From contig CAXXMB010000001.1 of assembly GCA_963668675.2 (NCBI GenBank), positions 224,001 through 288,000 on the forward strand: 64,000 bases of DNA. The letters are read 5' to 3'. Positions 26,842 through 35,916 of the stretch are shown here, piece by piece. The translations under genes were made by a program, and so were the position numbers. This DNA is from an uncultured Desulfatitalea sp. (GTDB taxonomy: Bacteria; Desulfobacterota; Desulfobacteria; Desulfobacterales; Desulfosarcinaceae). The notes beneath the pieces are model-generated. The model did not search any database. It was not told the origin of the DNA and saw only the letters and a list, made by a program, of their open reading frames with translations. The first letter of the stretch is position 1. Each line of letters begins with the position of its first letter.

Positions 26842-27729
26842 ATGGAATCCACTCTCGATTGTATTGTCTGCTTCGTTCGCCAGTCTCTGGACGCCGCCAG
26901 GATGGTATCGTCGGACCCATCGGTCCACGAACGTATCATGCGCGAGGTGCTGCAATGGACGGCCAATATGGACATGAAAACGCCGCCGCCGGTGCTGGGA
27001 CAACGCATCCACCGACGATTGAGGGAGATCTCCGGCAACACGGATCCTTACCGCGAGGTAAAGGAGCAGAGCAATCGCATGGCCTTGGCGCTGCTGCCCG
27101 ATCTCCGGGCGTCGGTTCAAAATGCTCCGGAGCCGTTGGTCATGGCGCTCCGTCTGGCCTTGGCCGGCAATGTGATCGATATGGGTGTGAGCAGCACCAT
27201 CTCCCTAACCGACATTCAAGAGGCTGTCAGCAGCGCTGTGTCCGAGCCCCTGGTCGGGCCGCTGGCTCAATTCAAGCGGGCGATCTCAGAGGCGCGCACC
27301 ATTTTTTACCTGGCCGACAATGCCGGAGAGATCGTCTTCGATCGACTGCTGATTGAACAGTTGGACCCCGGCCGCGTGACGGTGGCGGTGCGCGGCGCCC
27401 CCGTCATCAATGATGCCACCATCGAGGACGCAAAGGCCGCCGGCCTCGATGAACTGGTTCCCATCGTTGAAAACGCCTCCGATGCACCGGGTACACTGCT
27501 GGCGGATTGCAGTGACGCGTTCAGGAGACGTTTCGAAACTGCCGACCTGGTCATTGCCAAAGGGCAGGGCAACTTCGAGACCCTGAGTATGGAGAAGAGA
27601 AATATCTTCTTCCTCTTCAAGGCCAAGTGCAGTGTCATTGCGGCCCACGTCGGCCTGCCCATGGGAACCCATGTTCTGGCCGTGCCCCAAAGTTCGGGCG
27701 CCGGCAGCAGCGATCCTACCGGGAGGTGA
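26842..27729 (+). CDS. DUF89/ARMT1-like damage-control metal-dependent phosphatase
   Basis: DCIVC, DPYREVK, AGNVID, YLADNAGEIVFD, PVINDAT, AKGQGNFETL, KAKC. Confidence 0.9.
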   Translation: MESTLDCIVCFVRQSLDAARMVSSDPSVHERIMREVLQWTANMDMKTPPPVLGQRIHRRLREISGNTDPYREVKEQSNRMALALLPDLRASVQNAPEPLVMALRLALAGNVIDMGVSSTISLTDIQEAVSSAVSEPLVGPLAQFKRAISEARTIFYLADNAGEIVFDRLLIEQLDPGRVTVAVRGAPVINDATIEDAKAAGLDELVPIVENASDAPGTLLADCSDAFRRRFETADLVIAKGQGNFETLSMEKRNIFFLFKAKCSVIAAHVGLPMGTHVLAVPQSSGAGSSDPTGR

Positions 27730-27735
27730 TGCGTT

Positions 27736-28704
27736 ATGGCAGTCCAAGAATACGCTTTTGGTCCTGTACCGTCACGACGCCTGGGGAGGAGTCTTGGCAT
27801 CAACAATATTCCGGCCAAGACATGTAGTTACGCTTGCATATACTGCCAGGTGGACGGCGCCACCCGAATGAAGGCCGACCGTCTCATCTGTTACCGTCCG
27901 GAGGATATCTTCGACGCGGCCCAGAGGCGCGTCGCCAAGGTCCTGTCGGCATCTGAGGGAATTGACTACCTCGCCTTCGTTCCCGACGGGGAGCCCACCC
28001 TGGACATCAGCCTCGGGGAGACCATCGAGCGGCTGCGAACGTTAGGACTTTCCATCGCTGTGATCACCAACAGCTCTCTCCTGTGGCGTGAAGATGTGAG
28101 GGAGGAGCTCGCAGGGGCCAATTGGGTCTCGGTCAAGATCGACACCGTGGAAGAGAAGATCTGGCGCAAGGTGAACCGTCCCCACAAGGCACTGAAGCTC
28201 GAAACAATACTGGAAGGCGTGACCGCTTTCGCAAACCGTTTTGCCGGAAAGCTGGTCACCGAAACGATGCTCGTCGGGGGGGTGAACGACCAGACGGAGG
28301 CTCTCTACGGTCTTGCCGACTTTTTAGGGCGTCTGAATCCCCAGACGGCCTACCTGAGCATCCCGACGCGTCCGCCGGCCGTCAGCTGGGTCCGTTGCCC
28401 GGACGAAGCGAGCCTCAACCAGGCCTTCCAGATCGTATCCGAAAAGGTCGGCCAGGTAGAGTACCTGATCGGTTACGAAGGCAATGCATTTGCCTATTCC
28501 GGAGATATTGAAAAGGATCTTTTGAGTGTTACTGCCGTCCATCCGATGCGGGAAGAGGCGGTGGAGAGCCTATTGTTCCGGGCCGCTGCACCCAGGGAGG
28601 TCGTCGAGAAGCTGTTGGCCAGCGGCGAACTGCAGAAGACGATTTACAACGGACACGCCTTCTATGTGAGAAGCTTCAGAAAGCATTTCATCCCATCGCA
28701 ATGA
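27736..28704 (+). CDS. Radical SAM protein of unknown substrate
   Basis: FGPVPSRRLGRSLGIN, CSYACIYC, DGEPTL. Confidence 0.9.
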   Translation: MAVQEYAFGPVPSRRLGRSLGINNIPAKTCSYACIYCQVDGATRMKADRLICYRPEDIFDAAQRRVAKVLSASEGIDYLAFVPDGEPTLDISLGETIERLRTLGLSIAVITNSSLLWREDVREELAGANWVSVKIDTVEEKIWRKVNRPHKALKLETILEGVTAFANRFAGKLVTETMLVGGVNDQTEALYGLADFLGRLNPQTAYLSIPTRPPAVSWVRCPDEASLNQAFQIVSEKVGQVEYLIGYEGNAFAYSGDIEKDLLSVTAVHPMREEAVESLLFRAAAPREVVEKLLASGELQKTIYNGHAFYVRSFRKHFIPSQ

Positions 28705-28710
28705 CAACTG

Positions 28711-30048
28711 CTACCGAATTTGTCCCAAAGAGGTGATGGTTGGCGGCACTGGCAGTTCATGCCTGCCGATTCTCTTGAGAACCAATCGTACGGTCAAGGT
28801 CGAGGCGATATTGGCAAGGCACAGGCCTATGGCGCCTATAAGATTGCCCGGCACCCCCATCCACAGCGCCGTGGTGCTGACGGCGACAATCGCTATGAGA
28901 TAAGCACCCTGTCCGACAATAATGGTTTTGGGTTTGCGCGCGAAACCGGCCAACCCTTCGCTCTGGGCGCGCAGGGCAACACACAGCGGAAAAACAGCCA
29001 GCCCAAAAGCCGCTGCACGGACGATGCCCAGATCAGACGGTGCCAGTTTTTGAAGACCGACGTAGTACCACTCCGCCAGACCGGGCAGTGTGAAAATCAG
29101 CGGCAGCAGGCCCATGAGGGCACCTGCAATGAAGGCAAATGGCAAGGTGCGGCGATCGCGCCCGCTCGGGGCATGAAAGGTCAATACGACCTCTTGGAGT
29201 CTCGTGGCGCCGAAGGCCACCGGTGCAGCCAATCCCAATGCAAGATAGTACGCCGGCAGCATACGCTCGGGCTGATCGGCCCGTGCTATGAAGGCGCCCA
29301 GCAAAAGAGCTGAGATCGTCAAGAGATATCCGCTGATGGAGAGCGGGAGGTTGAACAGGAACAGGGTTCGTTTGAGCGGCGGCGGCTCATCGGAGACCTG
29401 GAGCTGTCTGATGAATGGCGCGGCGAGTATGGCGGATACACTCACCTCCAGGGCCACCGGCAAGGTGAGGCACACCACCGCCCATATCGGGCCTACGGCA
29501 CCAAAATGACAGAACACCGGAGCCAGCAGGGCAGTGATAATGATGCGCATGATCGTCGCCACGCTTGCCCTGAACGATGCCATTCCATTGTACATGCTCA
29601 CCTGGAAGGGAATGCGCAGGAAAAAAAGGAACTGCAGCGGCACGCAGGCCAGCAAGGTGATGTGGGCCGGGCGCGCAATCGAGGGGGGCAGCCCGATGAG
29701 ATCCTCGAAAAGCAGTTCGGCCACTGATGGCAGACACAACAGGGTTTGCATCAATACCACCACTAGCGACAGCCGCAGGGCCACGGTCCGAAATTGGGCG
29801 AACCCCTGGCGATCCTTGCCGAATATCAGACCGGTGGCGATCAGTCCGAAACCCAGCGTGCCCAGCATGAACATCAAGCTGTTGGACTGGGCCAGGCCGG
29901 CCAGATTAAGGGGGCCACCCTCCGACCGCGACGCCACCATGGCCACCAACGGGTATGTCAATCCCTGGGAGGCGGATTGAAGGGCCAGAGGCCAGAAGAA
30001 TCGACTCAGGCGGCCGAAAGTTGGCGCATGTTCCGGTTTCAGATTCAT
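28711..30048 (-). CDS. Multi-pass membrane protein, MATE/MOP-flippase-like
   Basis: About 12 hydrophobic segments with an internal repeat (FFWPLA / FNLPLS). Confidence 0.6.
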   Translation of the reverse strand: MNLKPEHAPTFGRLSRFFWPLALQSASQGLTYPLVAMVASRSEGGPLNLAGLAQSNSLMFMLGTLGFGLIATGLIFGKDRQGFAQFRTVALRLSLVVVLMQTLLCLPSVAELLFEDLIGLPPSIARPAHITLLACVPLQFLFFLRIPFQVSMYNGMASFRASVATIMRIIITALLAPVFCHFGAVGPIWAVVCLTLPVALEVSVSAILAAPFIRQLQVSDEPPPLKRTLFLFNLPLSISGYLLTISALLLGAFIARADQPERMLPAYYLALGLAAPVAFGATRLQEVVLTFHAPSGRDRRTLPFAFIAGALMGLLPLIFTLPGLAEWYYVGLQKLAPSDLGIVRAAAFGLAVFPLCVALRAQSEGLAGFARKPKTIIVGQGAYLIAIVAVSTTALWMGVPGNLIGAIGLCLANIASTLTVRLVLKRIGRHELPVPPTITSLGQIR

Positions 30049-30082
30049 AGGAGCGATGGTTCCTCGTCGCTGTTTAAGATAT

Positions 30083-30215
30083 GATGGCCTCGTAACACGC
30101 TCCTCATGCGTCATGGCGGACTTGATCCGACATCCATAATACTTTGAAAATAAAGTATTATGACCTTTACCGGAATGACGCAGAGAGCACTTTTGAGATT
30201 TTTTACGACCTCATC
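30083..30215. mobile_element. MITE-like element with terminal inverted repeats and an internal GTCAT...ATGAC palindrome
   Basis: gatggcctcgtaa ... ttacgacctcatc ends enclosing gtcatggcggacttgatccgacatcc...ccggaatgac. Confidence 0.5.
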
Positions 30216-30443
30216 AGATAGGATCGGTTCGAATTCCGACGGACGGAAAGTAAAACAATGCGGTCAAAGGGTCAATCGGTTGGTGGCACTATTTTGATAG
30301 AAATGGTTTTGGAGCTCAAATCTCCAGCATGTTTTCGGTGAGGTAGCTCACATGGCCCTGCATGCTCTCGACAGATTCGGGTTGTTCTTGTATGTTGCCT
30401 ATGTTGTTGCCATCCACCACTTCATTGGAATCGAGGATCGCTG

Positions 30444-30887
30444 ATGAGAGAACCGAGAGAGTTCGAACCACTTCCCCCGAATTTTGAAAAAGCACTGCTG
30501 AAAAAAGCACAAACCGTTCATCCGTTCTGGAACCTGTTGGGGATGGAGTTGACCGACGTAAGAAAAGGGTGGGCGGTCATACGGCTGCCGTTCGAGAAGA
30601 AATTGACCCAGGCGGACGGCATCGGCCATGGCGGGGCCGTCTTCTCAGCCGCCGATGCGGCCGTTGCTATGGCATTGATCGGTCTGATTGAGCGCAACGA
30701 GACCATGGTGACAATTGAGATGAAGATCAACTACTTAAAGCCATTTGTGGACAGTGTGCTTCTGGCCGAGGCGAGCATCGTCCAAAAGGGATCTCGGACC
30801 GCTTTGGGGGAAGTAGATGTAATGACCGAGAATGGTGACAAGATCGCCAAGGGGCTGGCCACATACATGATTATTCCCAAGTCATAG
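30444..30887 (+). CDS. PaaI family thioesterase
   Basis: PFWNLLGM, GIGHGGAVFSAADAA, VTIEMKINYLKP. Confidence 0.9.
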   Translation: MREPREFEPLPPNFEKALLKKAQTVHPFWNLLGMELTDVRKGWAVIRLPFEKKLTQADGIGHGGAVFSAADAAVAMALIGLIERNETMVTIEMKINYLKPFVDSVLLAEASIVQKGSRTALGEVDVMTENGDKIAKGLATYMIIPKS

Positions 30888-30896
30888 CCTTTCGGA

Positions 30897-32705
30897 TCAT
30901 GGATGGTGATCCGGATCTTTGTCGTGGTCCGGGTGCTCATGGTCATGATAGCGGCGGGGTCGGTGGTCGTGCTCCTGGGCTTCGCCGGGATGGCTGTGAG
31001 CGAAGCGGTGAGGGTGTTCGTGGGCGTGCACGTGGAGATGCTCGTGCTCGGTCTGCCCATGGCGATGGGGATGGGTGTGCAGGTGCCGGTGCGGGTGGCT
31101 GTGCTCGTGTTCGTGCTGCAGGGTGCGGATGGCGTCGCTGCCGTTACGGCGGAAGGCATAGGCGAGTCCGTTGAGATTGCCGAGCCTAGGGTCTTGTATG
31201 AACGCTTCGGTTGAGATGTCTTCGAGTATCAACCCTTGATGCATGACCAGCGTTCGACAGGTCAGGGCCTTGACGAAGAATATGTCGTGGCTGACGAGCA
31301 GCAGGGTGACGTCGAGGTCGCGCAAGATGTTGAGCAGCAGCTCTTCTCCCTGTGGATCGAGTCCGGCCGTGGGTTCGTCCAGGATCAGCAGTTTGGGCTT
31401 CATGGCCAGCACACAGGCCAGGGCCAGGCGCTTGCGTTCGCCGCCGGACATGTGCAGGGGGACACGGGTTTCGAATCCCTCCAGATGCACCAGGGCGAGC
31501 ACTTCGGTGATGCGTTGAACTATGTCGGATGCGCTGATGCCGATCTGCTGCATGCCGAAGGCGATCTCCTCCTCTACACTGGGGCAGAAGAGCTGGTCGG
31601 CGCTGTCTTGGAAGACCATGCCCACTTGGCGCCATAGGTGTTTGCGCTTTTTGCGATTCACCGGTTCGCCTTCGAAGCGGTAAGAACCGTGGCCTTGCTG
31701 CAGTCCGAGCAGGCAGGAGAGCAGAGTGGTTTTGCCGGCACCGTTTTCGCCAACCATGGCGATCCGGTCCCCCAGTGGTATCGTCATGTCGATGCCCTTT
31801 AGCGCCTTGGTGCCGTCCGGGTAGCGAAAATCGTATCCCTGCATCTCCACGATCGGTGCGGACGGCAGCGCGGAGCGCCCCTCAGACTCGAAAGGTTCAC
31901 AAGAAAGGCTGTTGGCTGCAGCTTCATCGTGCGCGTCGCCCACCACCAGCCTGAAGGAGAAGTCTAGGCCGTGGGAGCGCAACTCCCCGCGTTGTGAAAC
32001 CAGGTCATCCATGGTGTAGTCGTGCTCGATACGGCTCTTATCCATGACGACGGCCCGACGGCACAGTTCGTAGAGAAAGATCAGGTCGTGACTGACGCAG
32101 ATCAGTGTGCCGGGGTAGTCTTTGAGCAGATCGAGAAAGACCTGCTCCTGTCGGGGATCGAGGTTGGCGGTGGGCTCATCGAGCAGCAGCACGGAGGGCT
32201 GCATGGCCAGAAGGCCGGCCAGTGCGGCCCGCTTTTTCTGCCCGAAACTCAGGTGATGGGGCGCCTTGTAGATTTTGTCTTCCAAGAAGACACGCTGCAG
32301 TGCCTTGCGGGCGGTCTTGCGGGCCTCCTCGCGGGAGTGGCCCTGGTGGCGCGGACCGAAGGCGGCGTCATCCAGCAGCGTGTGGCCGAAGAGTTGGTCG
32401 TCCGGATCCTGAAAGAGAAGGCCGATCTCGAGTCGGCTTCGTTCCAGGTGTTCACCCTGGAGTTGTTGGTTTTTGTAATGCACCTCTCCGCTGGATGGCA
32501 GCAGTAATCCACACAACTGTTTGATCAGAGTAGTCTTTCCGGATCCATTCTGTCCGACAAGAGCGATGCGGTCGCCTGCGGCGATGTCCAGATCGATATC
32601 CGACAACGCCACGGTTCCGTCGGCATAGCGATAGGAGAGATCTCGAACGCTGAGCAGAGGGTCGACCACTCCAGGCGGTGGTATGGTTTGCGGAAGTTCG
32701 TGCAT
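30897..32705 (-). CDS. cbiO: ECF transporter duplicated ATPase (CbiO/NikO) with His-rich C-terminal tail
   Basis: Two ABC domains (GQNGSGKT / GENGAGKT, FQDPDDQL, LLDEPT) and a terminal (HX)n tract. Confidence 0.9.
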   Translation of the reverse strand: MHELPQTIPPPGVVDPLLSVRDLSYRYADGTVALSDIDLDIAAGDRIALVGQNGSGKTTLIKQLCGLLLPSSGEVHYKNQQLQGEHLERSRLEIGLLFQDPDDQLFGHTLLDDAAFGPRHQGHSREEARKTARKALQRVFLEDKIYKAPHHLSFGQKKRAALAGLLAMQPSVLLLDEPTANLDPRQEQVFLDLLKDYPGTLICVSHDLIFLYELCRRAVVMDKSRIEHDYTMDDLVSQRGELRSHGLDFSFRLVVGDAHDEAAANSLSCEPFESEGRSALPSAPIVEMQGYDFRYPDGTKALKGIDMTIPLGDRIAMVGENGAGKTTLLSCLLGLQQGHGSYRFEGEPVNRKKRKHLWRQVGMVFQDSADQLFCPSVEEEIAFGMQQIGISASDIVQRITEVLALVHLEGFETRVPLHMSGGERKRLALACVLAMKPKLLILDEPTAGLDPQGEELLLNILRDLDVTLLLVSHDIFFVKALTCRTLVMHQGLILEDISTEAFIQDPRLGNLNGLAYAFRRNGSDAIRTLQHEHEHSHPHRHLHTHPHRHGQTEHEHLHVHAHEHPHRFAHSHPGEAQEHDHRPRRYHDHEHPDHDKDPDHHP

Positions 32706-32717
32706 CGTTCTTCTTTC

Positions 32718-33638
32718 CTACCAGACCAGACGGTCGTAAACGATCAGGCTGACCCCGGCGGTCATCCAGAGTGCGGACCATACCAGGTCCCTGGGCAGCA
32801 TGCGCAATTCAACCGGTTCCAGCATGCGGCCCCTGTAGCCGCGTGCGCGCATGGCGTCGAACACCCTTTCGGTGCGTTCAAAACTACGGACAAAGAGCAT
32901 CCCCAGAAAGTTGGCCACGGCCTTGAGGGTGGCCATATCGGTGCGTTTGCGAAATCCGCGCACCTGCATGCCCGATGACATGCGGCGGGCTTCGTGACGA
33001 AACACATGCAGATAGCGGTAGCTGAGGAGCAGCATCTGGCCGACCATCTCCGGGGCACCGAGCCGGGAGAGGCCGTAAAGGGTGATCGGCAGGGGGGCCG
33101 TGGAGAGCAGCGGCTCCATCAGCAGGGTGATGGCCACGGCTTTGGCCGCAATCGTGGCGGCCAGCAGAAGACCACGAAGGTTGAATCCGAGCCACCCGAT
33201 CTGGTTGACGACGATCACCTTGTCCCCTTCATGGACCGGAACCGTAAAGGGCATGACCACGAGGAACATGCTGATAAACCCGACGATGGCCAGCAGACGC
33301 AGCAACACACGGGCAAACGAAGCTTTGGAGAGCAGGAGCACGATGCACGATAACCCGACGGCGAAGAGGGCCGGTGTGATATTTCTCAACGATGCGACCA
33401 TGAAGCTGTAGAGAACGATGGTGACGATTTTGCAGCGCACATCCCAGCGGTGCAGCGGAGAGGTTCGGGTTGTGGTTTCAATGGGCGGTACCGACCAATC
33501 CGGCTCTTCTCCAGGCGTACTGCGTGAGCGGACCAGGTAACGCAACCCGGCCACCAGGGCCCCCAACACAAGTGATGGGATGAGGATCAGCAGGGGCAAC
33601 TGCCAGAGAGGCATCTGGATATGGATTACATCAGCCAT
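32718..33638 (-). CDS. cbiQ: Co/Ni ECF transporter T component
   Basis: LHRWDVRCK, SYRYL, MQVRGF, LFVRSFERTERVFDAMRARGY; start MADV overlaps the cbiM stop. Confidence 0.88.
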   Translation of the reverse strand: MADVIHIQMPLWQLPLLILIPSLVLGALVAGLRYLVRSRSTPGEEPDWSVPPIETTTRTSPLHRWDVRCKIVTIVLYSFMVASLRNITPALFAVGLSCIVLLLSKASFARVLLRLLAIVGFISMFLVVMPFTVPVHEGDKVIVVNQIGWLGFNLRGLLLAATIAAKAVAITLLMEPLLSTAPLPITLYGLSRLGAPEMVGQMLLLSYRYLHVFRHEARRMSSGMQVRGFRKRTDMATLKAVANFLGMLFVRSFERTERVFDAMRARGYRGRMLEPVELRMLPRDLVWSALWMTAGVSLIVYDRLVW

Positions 33639-34260
33639 GAGGCCTCTTGGAGAGGTGGGCAAACGAGGGTTGCAACAGAGCCGGCTTGACCTTCGCCAGG
33701 AAGCCGATGGTAAAGGCACTGATCGCAGCCTCAATGAGGATGACCGGCAAATGCGCCACCATGGCAATTTGAGCCACACCGAAGAAGTCTTCTCCCCCGG
33801 TGGCCAACAGCGCGGCGAGTATCGCTGCTGCCAATATCGTTCCCCCTGCGCCAGCCATACCACCAACCGCGACTTGCCGGGAGCGTGTATTGCCTTTGAA
33901 CCTCTGGAAAAACCATCCGCATGCCAGGGCCGGCAATCCCATCATCAGGGCGTTTGCGCCCAGTGCTGTCAATCCGCCGAATTGGAACAACAAACTTTGC
34001 AACAACAACCCCAGTCCGATGGAGAGAAAAGCCGAGGGGCCCAACAGGGCACCGGTCAGGCCAGGTATCAGCAGGTGGACGCTGGTAGGCCCGAACGGCA
34101 CATGGATGAGCGAAGCGACAAAGAAGGCCGCTGTCACAACTGCCAGCTTGGGCAACTCTTCGCTGTGGGCTTGTCGGGCGCTCCACGCCGCTATGGCCGC
34201 ACTGGCCACATAGCCACCGATGGTAACGGAGATGGGAAGTACCCCATCGGAAATATGCAT
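33631..34260 (-). CDS. cbiM: Co/Ni ECF transporter S component
   Basis: N-terminal MHISDG, TSVHL, LLFQFGGLTALGAN. Confidence 0.93.
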   Translation of the reverse strand: MHISDGVLPISVTIGGYVASAAIAAWSARQAHSEELPKLAVVTAAFFVASLIHVPFGPTSVHLLIPGLTGALLGPSAFLSIGLGLLLQSLLFQFGGLTALGANALMMGLPALACGWFFQRFKGNTRSRQVAVGGMAGAGGTILAAAILAALLATGGEDFFGVAQIAMVAHLPVILIEAAISAFTIGFLAKVKPALLQPSFAHLSKRPHG

Positions 34261-34263
34261 CTG

Positions 34264-34560
34264 CTACTCCTTGCGTCGGCGTGAAGCGACAAAGGCGGCC
34301 ATTCCGAACAGACCGAGAATATAGCCCAAACCAGAAAAGATATCGTCAAGACCTGGTTTGTCAAGGTCTGCGCGCAATGCCGCTATTTCGCGATGGATGC
34401 GCCTCAGATCGCCGGACAATTTGCCGTTTTGCTCCTTTAGAAGTGTGATGATCTCTTCACACCCCTCCCCGGCTGGTGTTTCAGCGTAGAGCGCATTGGG
34501 CCACATCGCCAGACAAGCCCAGAAGATCATCACAAGAAGCCCCTTGCCTATCGCATTCAT
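34264..34560 (-). CDS. Small membrane protein resembling the C-terminal half of transporter component CbiL/NikL
   Basis: Signal peptide, coiled coil, DIFSGLGYILGLFGMAAF TM. Confidence 0.65.
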   Translation of the reverse strand: MNAIGKGLLVMIFWACLAMWPNALYAETPAGEGCEEIITLLKEQNGKLSGDLRRIHREIAALRADLDKPGLDDIFSGLGYILGLFGMAAFVASRRRKE

Positions 34561-34892
34561 CTGCCTGCCTCCACCTCGGCTTTTTTCAGCGTATAGCTGT
34601 TTTTATGCCCCATGGTGGCATCGAGCACAATGGTTAAATCGTCGACTTTGGGGATATCAAAGTTGAACAACCCCTCTTTGTCTGTTACCCCTTCGAGCAG
34701 AAGGTTCTTGCTGCTGTCGTAGACCTTCACCTTTCCACCTGCCACCGGTCGGCCGTCGGAGAAGTAGCTTTCGGTGTAGACTTTTCCCGCTTCGACATAG
34801 GCAAACAGGCTGACTTTATGGGCCATCGCCGTTCCCGCCAGAAGCAATATCGCTACTGCCGAAACCACAATATACTTCCAAGATGCTCTCAT
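34557..34892 (-). CDS. Secreted protein resembling the N-terminal half of transporter component CbiL/NikL
   Basis: AMA|HKVSLFAYVE, YFSDGRP, GVTDKEG, MGH. Confidence 0.7.
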   Translation of the reverse strand: MRASWKYIVVSAVAILLLAGTAMAHKVSLFAYVEAGKVYTESYFSDGRPVAGGKVKVYDSSKNLLLEGVTDKEGLFNFDIPKVDDLTIVLDATMGHKNSYTLKKAEVEAGR

Positions 34893-34984
34893 AGACCGAA
34901 CCCCCTTGTTTCAATATCCCATATGCGTTGTGACCTTTAAAGGTGCCCCTGTTTGCAGGTCCGACACCCTTGAAGGATAGACTT

Positions 34985-35791
34985 CTATTTCATATCTCTG
35001 GTTCGGACCCAGAAGACGGCACCAATCTCGACACCCTTTTCCTCGTTTTTATGCTTCAATTTCCAATCGGCCTCATTGAGCGCCGCAAAGCCCCACCATC
35101 CAGCTCTGGGCATGGCGTAGCTGAAGACACCGTTGGTATCGGCCTTGACCACCTGGGTAACATAGGCATCGGCCGGTGGATGCACAACAGAGGGGTTTCC
35201 GGGAGACTCGTTCAGGTACTCCACCTCCACCTCGGCAAAGGGCACCGGTTTGCCCTTCAAAAGCACCTGGCCGGTGAAGAGGTTGTTGGTCCACAGCCCG
35301 TAGGGACGGGTCAGGGGGACGATTTCGGTCTCCAGACCAAGGGGTTCATCCCACCCCTCTTCCAGACCGAAGGCGTTGACGCAAACCTTGGTATAGTGAA
35401 CGATAAACACATCCTCGGCCGGCTCCCAATAGGGGGTGGGTTCCACAAAGAACGTGTAATCGCCCGGCCTGCGGATCTTATAGTCGGCTTCCCAGAAGGT
35501 GAAGCTTCGATCCTGGTCCGCGCCTTTCCCCTTGGCCTCTTTCAGCGCACCCAGCAGATCTTTTTTATTCCCATTATGGACTACGCCGAACTTTTTGGGT
35601 TTTGCCATCTCCATGTAGTGCATCTCAAGGGGATGGGTGAATTTGATCTCAATATTCAGGGTCTTCGAATCGTCCTGGGAGACGATGTCATCCGAAGGGA
35701 TGACTGTGCCGAAGTGAGCCGATGCGGATACGGCACATAGCGTCATCATTACAAAGAACAGAATCGAAATATATATACGAGTTGCACGCAT
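34985..35791 (-). CDS. DUF4198 periplasmic Ni/Co uptake protein (NikK-like)
   Basis: [34 protein letters not shown]. Confidence 0.85.
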   Translation of the reverse strand: MRATRIYISILFFVMMTLCAVSASAHFGTVIPSDDIVSQDDSKTLNIEIKFTHPLEMHYMEMAKPKKFGVVHNGNKKDLLGALKEAKGKGADQDRSFTFWEADYKIRRPGDYTFFVEPTPYWEPAEDVFIVHYTKVCVNAFGLEEGWDEPLGLETEIVPLTRPYGLWTNNLFTGQVLLKGKPVPFAEVEVEYLNESPGNPSVVHPPADAYVTQVVKADTNGVFSYAMPRAGWWGFAALNEADWKLKHKNEEKGVEIGAVFWVRTRDMK

Positions 35792-35848
35792 GTTAATCTC
35801 CTCCATGAATTGAATGGTTCAAACCTGAGCCAGCTCCCACAGCCATCT

Positions 35849-35885
35849 TCCCCCTTTGAAAAAGGGGGACACAGGGGGATCTTTT
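35849..35885. repeat. CCCCCTTT-N-AAAGGGGG hairpin repeat
   Basis: tccccctttgaaaaagggggacacagggggatctttt. Confidence 0.6.
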
Positions 35886-35916
35886 AAATAACTCTCTCCT
35901 TTTACCCCTGGGTGGA

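Noticed and set aside
30316..30510. 64-aa minus-strand ORF upstream of the thioesterase
   Set aside because: Overlaps the PaaI start and has no supportable homology
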